DNA of 64,000 nt from Dehalococcoidia bacterium (GTDB lineage Bacteria > Chloroflexota > Dehalococcoidia > Lucifugimonadales > Australimonadaceae), in assembly GCA_965261385.1 (NCBI GenBank), contig CBDHDB010000001.1, positions 161,145-225,144 on the forward strand, written 5' to 3'. Made by a program: the position numbers and the translations under genes. The number at the start of each line of letters is the position of its first letter. The stretch's first letter is position 1. Positions 55,604-64,000 of the stretch are shown here, in pieces. The notes under the pieces were generated by a model. That model searched no databases. It saw only the letters and a program-made list of their open reading frames with translations, and was not told the origin of the DNA.

Positions 55604-56512
55604 TCACCGCCGACTTCGAAGAGCGGGATCGAGGAGATCCCGGAGGGCGTCGCCAAACATATTCCATGCGAAGACGGCCAAGCTGAGCGCGATCCCGGGG
55701 GCCAACGCCATCCACGGGGCTTCTAGCATCCTCGCCCGCGCGTCGGGGCCGAGCATTGCGCCCCATGAGGGAGTGGGCGGCGGCACGCCGAAGCCGAGGA
55801 AGCTGAGGGATGCCTCAATCAGGATAACGGCGGGAACCTCAATCGTGGCGAGAATGATGATTGGCGCCATCGAGTTCGGGATGAGGTGCCGCAGCATGAT
55901 GCCGACATCGCCCACGCCCACCGCACGTGACGCCTCGATGTACGGTAGTGACTTGATGGCGAGCACCTGGCTTCGAATCACGCGCGAGTTGCGAATGCCG
56001 AACAGCAGGCCGATGACGATAATGAGCTGCCACTGCCCGGGTCCTAGGACGCTGAGCATGGCAAGGGCAACCACAAGGCCAGGGAACGACATCCACGCGT
56101 CGACGAACCGCTGTCCAATCACGTCGAACCATCCACCGTAGTAAGCGCTCAGCGTGCCCACAACCGTGGCCAGGGTGATAGCTAGGCCCGTTGCGCCGAA
56201 CCCTATGAATATGGATATGCGGGCCCCGTAGATGATGCGGCTGAGCTGGTCCCGGCCAAGGTGGTCGGTCCCGAGAGGGTGGGCCAAGCTCGGCGGCATG
56301 AGCTGGTCCAAGCGCTCCGTGTGCGCGTAGTGCTGCGGCGCGAGCCAGTCGGCGAAGACAGTCATGATAATCAGCGCAACGACGACGACGAGGCCCACGG
56401 CTCCGAGGGGTTTCTCTCTGTACAGGCGCCCCAGGAACGATCTCGGCTCGAACAGCCGCCGCAGCCGACGGGTGGCGGGCCGCCCGCCCGCGGTGACGTC
56501 AACCGCAGCCAT
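55604..56512 (-). CDS. ABC peptide transporter permease (OppC/DppC-like)
   Basis: 302 aa, 6 TM, EAA-type loop YIEASRAVG. Confidence 0.85.
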   Translation of the reverse strand: MAAVDVTAGGRPATRRLRRLFEPRSFLGRLYREKPLGAVGLVVVVALIIMTVFADWLAPQHYAHTERLDQLMPPSLAHPLGTDHLGRDQLSRIIYGARISIFIGFGATGLAITLATVVGTLSAYYGGWFDVIGQRFVDAWMSFPGLVVALAMLSVLGPGQWQLIIVIGLLFGIRNSRVIRSQVLAIKSLPYIEASRAVGVGDVGIMLRHLIPNSMAPIIILATIEVPAVILIEASLSFLGFGVPPPTPSWGAMLGPDARARMLEAPWMALAPGIALSLAVFAWNMFGDALRDLLDPALRSRR

Positions 56513-56560
56513 GGGTCAGCTTCCTTAGGCATCCCGATGGGGAAGGTATAGTTGGACCCT

Positions 56561-57505
56561 TCATGCGAACCTAATCCTTGGGTCTAGCCATCCGTACGTA
56601 AGATCGATGAGGAGGTTGGTTATCACTACGATTACGGCGAGAAAGAGCGTGCCGATCTGGACAACCGGGTAGTCGAAATTCTGGATGCCGACGACGATCC
56701 ACCGACCGACGCCTGGCAGGCCGAACACGTTCTCCATTACCACGGCCCCCGATATCAGGGTAGGTATACGGAGGCCAAATAGGGTTACGACGGGGATGAT
56801 TGCGTTCTTGAGCGCGTGCCTGAAGACGACAGCGCGCTCCCTTAGACCCTTGGACCAGGCAGTACGGATGTAGTCCTGCCGCTGGACCTCGAGAATCATC
56901 GCGCGGGTGAGGCGCATCATGGGAGCGGCGCCGCCGAGGCCAATAATCAGTGCGGGTGTGATGACGTGCTGAAGGTTGGCGATAGGGTCTTCCAAGAAGG
57001 GTGTCCAGACGACTCTTGGCGCCCAGCCCAGGTAGTACGCAGGGAAGATGAGGATGAGGGTGGCGAGCCAGAAGTGCGGAACGGATAAGAAGAAGATGGC
57101 CGAGCTGCGAAGCGCGTAATCGGTCTTGGTATCTTGGCGCAAGCCCGAATAGACGCCAATGGGCACCGCCACAATGGCGGAGATGAGGAGCGCAAGCCCT
57201 CCCAACTCGAGCGTGACAGGGAGTCGCCTGAACAGCTCGCCGAACACGCTTTGGCGGTTCCACAGCGAGTTGCCGAAGTCGCCGCGCAGGGCGTCCCACA
57301 CCCAGATTGCGTATTGCACAGGCAGTGGACGGTCGAGCCCGAGCTTCTGGCGCAGGGCGTCGATGGTTGGGGCGTACGCATACTCTTCGGTCATCGCCTC
57401 GGCGACATCACCAGGGATGAGCCGCAGGATAGAGAAAACGATGACCGAGACGAGGAACAGTGTCGGTATCGCGAGCAGAAGCCTTCTGATTACGTATGCG
57501 GTCAC
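56561..57505 (-). CDS. ABC peptide transporter permease (OppB/DppB-like)
   Basis: 314 aa. MTAYVIRRLLLAIPTLF start, YIRTAWSKGL EAA loop. Confidence 0.85.
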   Translation of the reverse strand: MTAYVIRRLLLAIPTLFLVSVIVFSILRLIPGDVAEAMTEEYAYAPTIDALRQKLGLDRPLPVQYAIWVWDALRGDFGNSLWNRQSVFGELFRRLPVTLELGGLALLISAIVAVPIGVYSGLRQDTKTDYALRSSAIFFLSVPHFWLATLILIFPAYYLGWAPRVVWTPFLEDPIANLQHVITPALIIGLGGAAPMMRLTRAMILEVQRQDYIRTAWSKGLRERAVVFRHALKNAIIPVVTLFGLRIPTLISGAVVMENVFGLPGVGRWIVVGIQNFDYPVVQIGTLFLAVIVVITNLLIDLTYGWLDPRIRFA

Positions 57506-57635
57506 AGCGCCCTTGGGACCTCACATGTTCTTGGAGGAGCAGAACTGCCTTACGGGGCCCAACCTATCCGATGAGCCCCCGCTTCGGCGCATACTGAAAG
57601 CGGGGGCTCATCATACCGGTCGATGCGAGTCGGTG

Positions 57636-59372
57636 CTACGGGCTCATCCAAGTGATCTCTAGGTCGCGCCCAAAGGAGTGGAATCCCTTGTGCGGCCTGA
57701 AGTCGTGGACGTTGGCGCGCACCGCGGTAACCGGGTTGCCTATCGGGATGCGGAGTACGTAGGCCTGGGCCGCGAGATGGCGTTGTGTTTCTAGGGCGAT
57801 TTCGCGCCTGCGAGCCGGGTCGGTGGCTAGCTTCATCTCCTGCGCCAGCCTGTTGAGTTCGGGGTCGTCGACATGCGCGACGTTTGCCACGCTGCCAGGT
57901 TCAAAGGAGCGAAGGACATCCTGGAAATCGGCAATGGAGACGCGGCTGTGGGCTGCATGCTTGTAGTCGCCGCGGTTGCTGGTGCGGATGTGAACGGCGT
58001 GCGGAACGATGTCAGCGGTCGCGTTCAGCCCGATCTTCGTCCAGAAGTCGACGACCAGCTCAGGGAAGTAGTCACGCGTGCAGCAATCGCTTGCGCGGAA
58101 TTCAATCTCAAACCCCTCTGGGTAACCGGCTTCGGCGAGGAGCTCCTGGGCCCGCGTGGGGTTGTACTCCCACCATTGGGCCGCGTCGCCAAGCGCGCTG
58201 GCGTCGGCAAAGAGGTCGGGGAATGCGTTCTGGGCGATGCTGCCGTAGGTCTGGGATGCTTCGGAGCCCGACCAGCGCGTGTCGATAATGGCCTGCTGAT
58301 CGATGGACATCATGATGGCGCGCCGGACGTTGATATCGTTGAACGGCGGGGTGTCAGCACGCAACTGCATGGTCGGCATCGTCTGGATGGGGACCTCATG
58401 CCATACCTGCACGTCCGGGTTGTTGTCGATGAAAGAGTCTTGCGTTCCGGCAGGGAGCGCGCCGCCATCGGCCTGTCCAGAGGCCAGAGCGGCAACTTGG
58501 GCGGCTGAGTCTGAAGCGACGATGTATTCCCAGCCGTCTAGGTACGGGAGGCCCTCGCGGAAGTAATCCGGGTTACGCACTGCGGTGAGCTTGGAATCGA
58601 GCAGGTGCGACTCGAACATGAACGGCCCTGTCCCGATAATCTGGTCAGGCCCTTGGAACTCGTCTTCAAGAGGCCATGTATCGACCGTCGGGGCGCCGGC
58701 GACGCCCATCGGAAGGATGTTCATCATGCCCTCTGCGAGGTGCGTCAAGAACGATCCGTCCGGCTCCGACAGGTGGAATGCAACCACGTAGGGGCTAACC
58801 ACCTCCACGCTTTCGAGGGGATCGAAGTACCACCCGAAGTTGTGGCCCTCGTTCGCAAGGATCCTGTCGGCGGAGTACTTCACGTCTTCAGCCGTCATCT
58901 CACGACCGTTGGTAGCGGGCTTGTTGTGGAAGTTGACCCCTTGGCGAAGGGTAAACGTGTAGGTCAAGCCGTCGGCGGATATCTCCCAACTCTCGGCGAG
59001 GTCCGGCACAACTTCGGTTTCCCATCCGGGAACGTCGGGGCCATGCTTGTACTTGACGAGGCTGTTCGTCCAAGTGCTAAGCGCTTGGGCAGCGAGGCTT
59101 CGGATGCGAGTGACGCCGTGGGGGTCCCACCCGGACTGGTTGTCGTTGGTGGTGGTCCAGGTAAAAACGCCGCCGGTCATGGGCTCCATGGCCATGCTGT
59201 CGTCGACCGCAGCGCCACTGTCCGCGCCGGTGTCGGTCGTGCTATCAGGAGTCGCCGTGGGCGGAACCGCAGTGGGCGTAGCCGTTGGGTCCTCCGAACT
59301 GCATGCAGCCAAAGCCGCCATGGATAGGACTAGCCCCAAAGTTAGAACCGAGAGTGTTCTTCTCACCTTCAA
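57636..59372 (-). CDS. ABC transporter substrate-binding lipoprotein, family 5 (peptide/nickel)
   Basis: 578 aa. Lipobox LAAC followed by a T/P/D-rich linker. Family-5 SBP length and layout. First gene of the 5-gene operon. Confidence 0.85.
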   Translation of the reverse strand: MKVRRTLSVLTLGLVLSMAALAACSSEDPTATPTAVPPTATPDSTTDTGADSGAAVDDSMAMEPMTGGVFTWTTTNDNQSGWDPHGVTRIRSLAAQALSTWTNSLVKYKHGPDVPGWETEVVPDLAESWEISADGLTYTFTLRQGVNFHNKPATNGREMTAEDVKYSADRILANEGHNFGWYFDPLESVEVVSPYVVAFHLSEPDGSFLTHLAEGMMNILPMGVAGAPTVDTWPLEDEFQGPDQIIGTGPFMFESHLLDSKLTAVRNPDYFREGLPYLDGWEYIVASDSAAQVAALASGQADGGALPAGTQDSFIDNNPDVQVWHEVPIQTMPTMQLRADTPPFNDINVRRAIMMSIDQQAIIDTRWSGSEASQTYGSIAQNAFPDLFADASALGDAAQWWEYNPTRAQELLAEAGYPEGFEIEFRASDCCTRDYFPELVVDFWTKIGLNATADIVPHAVHIRTSNRGDYKHAAHSRVSIADFQDVLRSFEPGSVANVAHVDDPELNRLAQEMKLATDPARRREIALETQRHLAAQAYVLRIPIGNPVTAVRANVHDFRPHKGFHSFGRDLEITWMSP

Positions 59373-59564
59373 ATCCTCCCGTCCCTGGTCGGCTCAACGT
59401 TACGTGAAATGCACCCGATTACGGCGGCCAACTCGAGCGAATCGAACACCGCCGTGGGTTCTCACTGAAAACGCGACTATAACCACCGCCGCATTGCGGC
59501 GTCAACTTATCGCATCCCATTAGTCTTATAGTCCTTTGGCTTCGCTATGAGCGAGCCGACACGC

Positions 59565-60095
59565 TCAGCTCGCAAACGGCGGTTCAGTCGCCAAGCGGGC
59601 CAAGACTGCCCGCCACGAGCGATCGACAAGGTAGGCGGTAGGCTGTCCGGCGACACGCACGTAGTCGGCGGTCCCCGCAGGATTGGCCGCGCCGACATCG
59701 ATGACGAGAGATCGTTCCCCCCGCAGACGGAGCTCGATGCGGGTTACGGGCGCCGCAAGTCCGTACGACGTATCGGGCTCGGGCAGAGAGGGCAGTGCCC
59801 TGGTCGCCTTCAAACCTCGCAGGATAAGGGTGACCCCACCCCACCGCTGTTGGAGCACAGGGACAGCCGGTTCATCCTCGGAGCGCCAGCCGCCACTCAT
59901 CTTGATGAAGCCTTGGATCGTGCCTTCATGGGTTATCCGGATGCGCTCGATGTCGTCCTCGTCGACAGCGTACACCCAAGGGGCTGCCAAGGACGCTGAC
60001 GCAGGCTCCTCCGCCCACTGCGGCACGGAGAGCGCCATTACCCCCGTGACCAATACGGCGGCGAAGAGCAGCGCCCGCCCGCGGGGCAGCTTCAT
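59565..60095 (-). CDS. DUF4340-like secreted protein
   Basis: ATG 60095 overlaps the GldG-like stop. Signal/TM MKLPRGRALLFAAVLV. Usual third partner of GldG-type ABC-2 clusters. Confidence 0.6.
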   Translation of the reverse strand: MKLPRGRALLFAAVLVTGVMALSVPQWAEEPASASLAAPWVYAVDEDDIERIRITHEGTIQGFIKMSGGWRSEDEPAVPVLQQRWGGVTLILRGLKATRALPSLPEPDTSYGLAAPVTRIELRLRGERSLVIDVGAANPAGTADYVRVAGQPTAYLVDRSWRAVLARLATEPPFAS

Positions 60096-61690
60096 CGCCG
60101 GACCGCCCAGGCAACCACCGCTCCAGCAGCAGCAGCAGCAGGCAAGAGGAACCAGGCGACGTACCGGATTAGATCGAACCCCCACTGGGTCAGGACGAGG
60201 GGGCGGGCGGTTGTTGGGTTCGGGTGAAGGGAGACGAGTTCAAACTCTCCAGCCGCCCAACTCACTGCGTTTAGCATGAGGTCTGCGTTGCTGAAGGCAG
60301 TGAAATGCTCGTTGGAGGCGAACCCTGAATCGCCGATAACCACGATGGAGGTGCGTGCTCCCGGCGCTGCGGACGGCGTACGCAGCGCCAGCGCTATAGC
60401 GAAGGGGCCCGCTTCATTGGGAACGCGCTGGTCCGGGCGGCTGGGGTCCGCAGTGATCCAGCTCGCGCGCGAGGTGAACGCGAGTGTTGTGTAGCTAACG
60501 CTGTCTTGTCCCAAGGCGTCCAAGGCAGCAATTGCTTCTTCGTGGAGGCCAAGTGCGCGAGCCTCAGGGAAATAAGTCACGTCTAACTCGTTGCTGATAG
60601 CGCCACCGCCCCCTATAGCGTGATCCAAGGCATACTGGCCGCGCTGGAGCAGCACAGTAAGCGGGTCACCCACGATAGAGCTCGACGGTTCCACAATGGC
60701 TCCGGGGCCGAGAGAGACACCCCAGGCTCCGAGCAGCTGGGCGAAGGTGTCCGGCGCGTCCGGATCGAGGAGGAACACGGCATCACCGCCTGCCGCAAGC
60801 CACTGAGCGAGGGCCGCCTGCTCCACCGGCAAGAGGTCTCGCTTGGGCCCTGCCACCACCAACGCGGCAGCGTCATCGGGCACTGAGCCGGACTGGCCGA
60901 GGTTCAGTTCACTAACGATGTATCCATTCGCGGCAATCTCGTCAGTAGCGAGTCCGAACGCGTCCCGACGCGTCGCGTCTCCAGCGTCGAGCTCGAGGTG
61001 CCCAGTCAGCAGGTACACCTTCTTCAGCTGCGTCCTAGTGACAGCTAGCAGAGCGGTGAGAACGTCTCGTTCGCTGACAGGCAACGCGGAACTCGCTGCT
61101 CGGACACCGGTATCGACTGCGTCAAACACGAGCACCGGGAAACTAGAAACTCCGAACCTCCTGGCAAGCGAGGGTTGCAGGTCCGGGTCTACGGAGCGAT
61201 ACGACACCCTGCCACTGGATGCCCGGCCCATCTCGAACAGTAAGTCGTCAGCCCGGCGCATCGCCGTGAGGTGGTCTTCGCGGTCGCTCAGGAAGAACCC
61301 AGTAACCTCGATCTGCTGCGTCAGCCCGCCCAGCACGGCCTTTGTCTTAGGGGCAAGCGTGAACTGCTGGGTCTCGGTTAGGTCCCAACGCACCTGCAGT
61401 CGCTGCGCGATGAGATTGACGAAGACGCCGGTCAGCCCCACGGCCAAGACCGTCACTGCAAAGAGTGTCGTGTACCGCCCACGCGGCCCTGTGAATGTAG
61501 TGCGGATAGAGCCGGCCGAAACCACGAGGGCCAGAACGATCGCGGCGATTCCCGCTAGTGCCGTGGCTACGGAGAACGCGCGGAGGTCCGGCGCCCAGGC
61601 AACGAGGCTTGCGCCACCCACGACAGCCATGAATCCAACGATGGCGAGTGGCGCGCCGACATCCTTCAGGATTGCTCTCAACCGAAGCAC
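60092..61690 (-). CDS. GldG-like ABC-transporter auxiliary protein
   Basis: 532 aa. N- and C-terminal TM anchors flank a large extracytoplasmic domain. Follows the ABC-2 permease. Confidence 0.7.
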   Translation of the reverse strand: MLRLRAILKDVGAPLAIVGFMAVVGGASLVAWAPDLRAFSVATALAGIAAIVLALVVSAGSIRTTFTGPRGRYTTLFAVTVLAVGLTGVFVNLIAQRLQVRWDLTETQQFTLAPKTKAVLGGLTQQIEVTGFFLSDREDHLTAMRRADDLLFEMGRASSGRVSYRSVDPDLQPSLARRFGVSSFPVLVFDAVDTGVRAASSALPVSERDVLTALLAVTRTQLKKVYLLTGHLELDAGDATRRDAFGLATDEIAANGYIVSELNLGQSGSVPDDAAALVVAGPKRDLLPVEQAALAQWLAAGGDAVFLLDPDAPDTFAQLLGAWGVSLGPGAIVEPSSSIVGDPLTVLLQRGQYALDHAIGGGGAISNELDVTYFPEARALGLHEEAIAALDALGQDSVSYTTLAFTSRASWITADPSRPDQRVPNEAGPFAIALALRTPSAAPGARTSIVVIGDSGFASNEHFTAFSNADLMLNAVSWAAGEFELVSLHPNPTTARPLVLTQWGFDLIRYVAWFLLPAAAAAGAVVAWAVRR

Positions 61691-61706
61691 GGCGCGCTCC
61701 TAGTGG

Positions 61707-62432
61707 TTAGGCCCAACGCCGCCATTCCAGCGACTTCACGGTTGCGAATAAGAAGAAGATTGCAAAGGCGACGAAGTAGACCACGTCGCGGGTGTCCACG
61801 ATTCCCCGCGCCAAAGGTTCGTAGTGGGTCACGGGGGACGCCCCTGCAAGCAGCAGGGAAGGGAATCCGGCGATGGCGCCCGCTGTGCCGCTCGCGACAG
61901 TAAGCAGGAAGAGGGAGCCCGCGCTAATCACGGCCGCGACGAGCTGGTTAGAGGTGAGCGAAGAGGCGAACAGCCCGAGGGCCATCGCCGCGGAACCGTA
62001 GAGGAACAAGCCAAGGTAGCCGGATAGCAGCGGGCCGAAATCGGGGTCGCCGTACCAGAAGAGCAAGGCCGCGTAAGCGAGTGTGGGTAGAGCAGTGGCC
62101 GCAAGCACGCCGAAGCTAAAGACGAACTTCCCCAGCACAATGTCGGAGTCGTGTACAGGCATCGTGCGGAGCAGCTCGAGGGTCCCCTCCCGGTCCTCTT
62201 GCGCCAGAAGCCGCATCGTGACCAAGGGCGCCCACGCGACGATGAGTAATGATGCGCCTTTGAGGTAGGGTTCGACGGAGGCTTCAGGGAAGGGCTCCGA
62301 GATGCTGGTTACGAAGAAGGCTCCAGTGGCGGCGAGGAATAGCGCCAAGGCGATATACGCGAAGGGCGAGCCGAAGTAGGAGCGAGTGTCTCTCGCCGCG
62401 ACCTGCAAGACGACTGCCGTCCTAGCCCTCAT
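61707..62432 (-). CDS. ABC-2 type transporter permease
   Basis: 241 aa, 6 TM. Overlaps the upstream ATPase stop. Confidence 0.8.
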   Translation of the reverse strand: MRARTAVVLQVAARDTRSYFGSPFAYIALALFLAATGAFFVTSISEPFPEASVEPYLKGASLLIVAWAPLVTMRLLAQEDREGTLELLRTMPVHDSDIVLGKFVFSFGVLAATALPTLAYAALLFWYGDPDFGPLLSGYLGLFLYGSAAMALGLFASSLTSNQLVAAVISAGSLFLLTVASGTAGAIAGFPSLLLAGASPVTHYEPLARGIVDTRDVVYFVAFAIFFLFATVKSLEWRRWA

Positions 62433-63420
62433 CTCTCGCCTTTACATCAGCTACATCAACCCCGTTTGCTATCAGGCGAATGAAGGCCTCCTCAAGGTTA
62501 GGCGCTGCTTCATTCATACTGACGATCCGCCACCCGTGATTGATGATAGCCCTCACCACCCCAGCGCTTATGTCGACCTCATTCTGGGGCTCTATTGAGT
62601 AGTAATCGGCTTCGGGGCCTGGCTTCCAGGTAACGTTGGCTACTCCTGGGACAGCAGCGAGGGCTCCTGTGACGAGCTCGTGAGGGCCTACGACGGTCAA
62701 CTCGACGCCGCGGCTGCGCAGTGCCGCAGAGAGGCGAGCCGGCGACTCCTCCGCCACGAGCCGTCCCCCATGCATCACAAGCACTCGGTCGCACAGGATG
62801 GCGGCCTCGGCCAAGATGTGGGTGCTCAGCAGCACAGTCTGCGTTTGGGTGTGGCGTCTGATGAGCTCGCGGGTCTCAACAAGCTGGACAGGGTCGATGC
62901 CCAGGGTTGGCTCGTCGAGGATGAGGACGTCTGGCTCGTGGAGCACTGCCTGGGCAAGGGCCACGCGCTGGCGGTACCCCTTCGAGAGCTTCGCAATCGT
63001 CGCGCCGGCGTAGGGGCTCAGCCCGTAGTCGTCGATGACTTGCGCCAGCCGCTCACGGAGCATCTGCCCAGGCATGCCGCGCATCCGGCCAACGTGAAGG
63101 AGGTAGTCCGAGAGGGTCATGTCCGTGTACAGCGGCGCGTTCTCCGGCAGGTAACCGAGGCGTCGGCGGGCCTGCATCGGCTGAGCGGCGACGTCCCAGC
63201 CTCCTATCCGCGCGAACCCGCTAGTCGGTGCGATTGCCCCGGTGAGGATCCGAATTGTGGTTGTCTTTCCGGCGCCGTTCGGCCCTAGGAGGCCAATAAC
63301 CTCGCCCTTCTTAGCCCGGAACGACACGCCAGAGATGGCCGGATAATCGCGGAAGTATTTGGTGAGCGCTTCTGCTTCGATTGTCGTCTCGTGCATGCTG
63401 GGATTCTCCGCCTTAGCCAT
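62422..63420 (-). CDS. ABC transporter ATP-binding protein (ABC-2/GldA-like)
   Basis: 332 aa. GPNGAGKTT, LSKGYRQRVALAQAV, LILDEP. Confidence 0.9.
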   Translation of the reverse strand: MAKAENPSMHETTIEAEALTKYFRDYPAISGVSFRAKKGEVIGLLGPNGAGKTTTIRILTGAIAPTSGFARIGGWDVAAQPMQARRRLGYLPENAPLYTDMTLSDYLLHVGRMRGMPGQMLRERLAQVIDDYGLSPYAGATIAKLSKGYRQRVALAQAVLHEPDVLILDEPTLGIDPVQLVETRELIRRHTQTQTVLLSTHILAEAAILCDRVLVMHGGRLVAEESPARLSAALRSRGVELTVVGPHELVTGALAAVPGVANVTWKPGPEADYYSIEPQNEVDISAGVVRAIINHGWRIVSMNEAAPNLEEAFIRLIANGVDVADVKARDEG

Positions 63421-63428
63421 GGTCCGGT

Positions 63429-63938
63429 CTATCCCAGCGGTAGGACTACGAAGATATCGTCGGTCTGTTCCCAGGCGACGACGAACGGTTTGGCGTCCGG
63501 TGGGAGGTCGAACACCAGCCGACCGGATGCCTCCGAACCCGGCGCAAGGCTGAAGGAGCCCCAGAGCGGAGAGGGCTCCGCCGAGGCGGCGACCGCCGTG
63601 GGGTCTGCGGGCTCGCCGCCGAACGGGTCCAAGAGCGGATAGCTCTCCGTCAGGTCCCGGTTTTGCACCACAGCCGCTTGCTCGTCAACTAGCACTAAGG
63701 CCACGCCGATTTTCTCGTTTCGGAGAGTGACGTGGGCCAAGAGCAAGCTACCGTCCGGCGCGCTCGGCCGCAGGGTGAATATCTGATCATCGACCGCATG
63801 ACTCACTTCAGTGAGCGTTTCGACGCTGGATATCTCGATGACCAAAGCGCGGCCGACCCCAACCACCGGAGAGTGGTCCTGGCAAGCCACCGCCAAGAGG
63901 TGGAGCGCGGCAATCGCGCCTGCGAGGAGCACCGTCAT
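63429..63938 (-). CDS. DUF4352-like lipoprotein
   Basis: 169 aa. LAVAC lipobox. Beta-rich with ...LAPGSEASGRLVFDLPPDAKP pattern. Confidence 0.5.
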   Translation of the reverse strand: MTVLLAGAIAALHLLAVACQDHSPVVGVGRALVIEISSVETLTEVSHAVDDQIFTLRPSAPDGSLLLAHVTLRNEKIGVALVLVDEQAAVVQNRDLTESYPLLDPFGGEPADPTAVAASAEPSPLWGSFSLAPGSEASGRLVFDLPPDAKPFVVAWEQTDDIFVVLPLG

Positions 63939-64000
63939 GAGCGGCTGCCAGCGGTAGTTCGCATCAGGGAGTATTTACAGGAAAGGGCTCTCCATAGCAA

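Noticed and set aside
60124-60141. (CAG)6 microsatellite
   Set aside because: It is the reverse complement of GCT x5 plus flanks, encoding the Ala run in the C-terminal TM anchor of the GldG-like protein. It is not an independent feature.

Overview
High-GC bacterial chromosomal segment. I found no rRNA, no intact tRNA, no CRISPR array and no recognisable transposase, integrase or relaxase.

Backbone genes: rsmD-coaD, recN, DUF1385-rpmE, rplU-rpmA, gyrA, groES-groEL with a CIRCE-like operator, hspR-grpE-dnaK, citrate synthase, korAB, an ECF sigma/anti-sigma pair, System I cytochrome c maturation genes (ccmABCD, then ccmE 6 kb away) and a MrfA/YprA-like helicase. Catabolic and transport genes include MmgE/PrpD, two crotonases plus an acyl-CoA ligase, an enolase-superfamily enzyme, an amidohydrolase-2, a tandem bicupin pair, an Opp/Dpp-type ABC operon and a GldG-type ABC-2 cluster. 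This gene mix and the repeat style are reminiscent of marine or sponge-associated Chloroflexota (SAR202-like), but that is only a guess.

Most interesting signal: a four-copy family of composite intergenic elements at 2148-2538 (+), 12505-12778 (-), 30224-30460 (+) and 47334-49030 (+).
- All four share an ordered set of boxes: a left box CAC(T/A)GTGACA(C/T)TTGCCC, a core AGGAAGCAGGCC(A/G)(C/T)GGCC, and then direct iteron-like repeats.
- The longest copy carries a twice-frameshifted gene (primase-like Cys/His finger, P-loop RepA/DnaB-like ATPase, C-terminal HTH) between the left box and the iterons, which is a rep-ori layout.
- The short copies look like internal-deletion derivatives. One keeps the first ~64 bp of the gene and another keeps its last few bp.
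- Each copy has its own iteron consensus.

Other notable points:
- Two families of REP-like palindromes are scattered through the window, and several sit in-frame inside coding sequences (deacetylase, MidA-like methyltransferase, CcmC C-terminus).
- The ccm operon is split by about 6.2 kb of accessory DNA.
- CcmE is the CXXXY variant.
- GyrA carries a Cys/His-rich insertion in its C-terminal domain.
- All apparent frameshifts fall in accessory genes.

Everything here comes from reading the sequence and the ORF track. Family names are from memory of motifs, not database searches.
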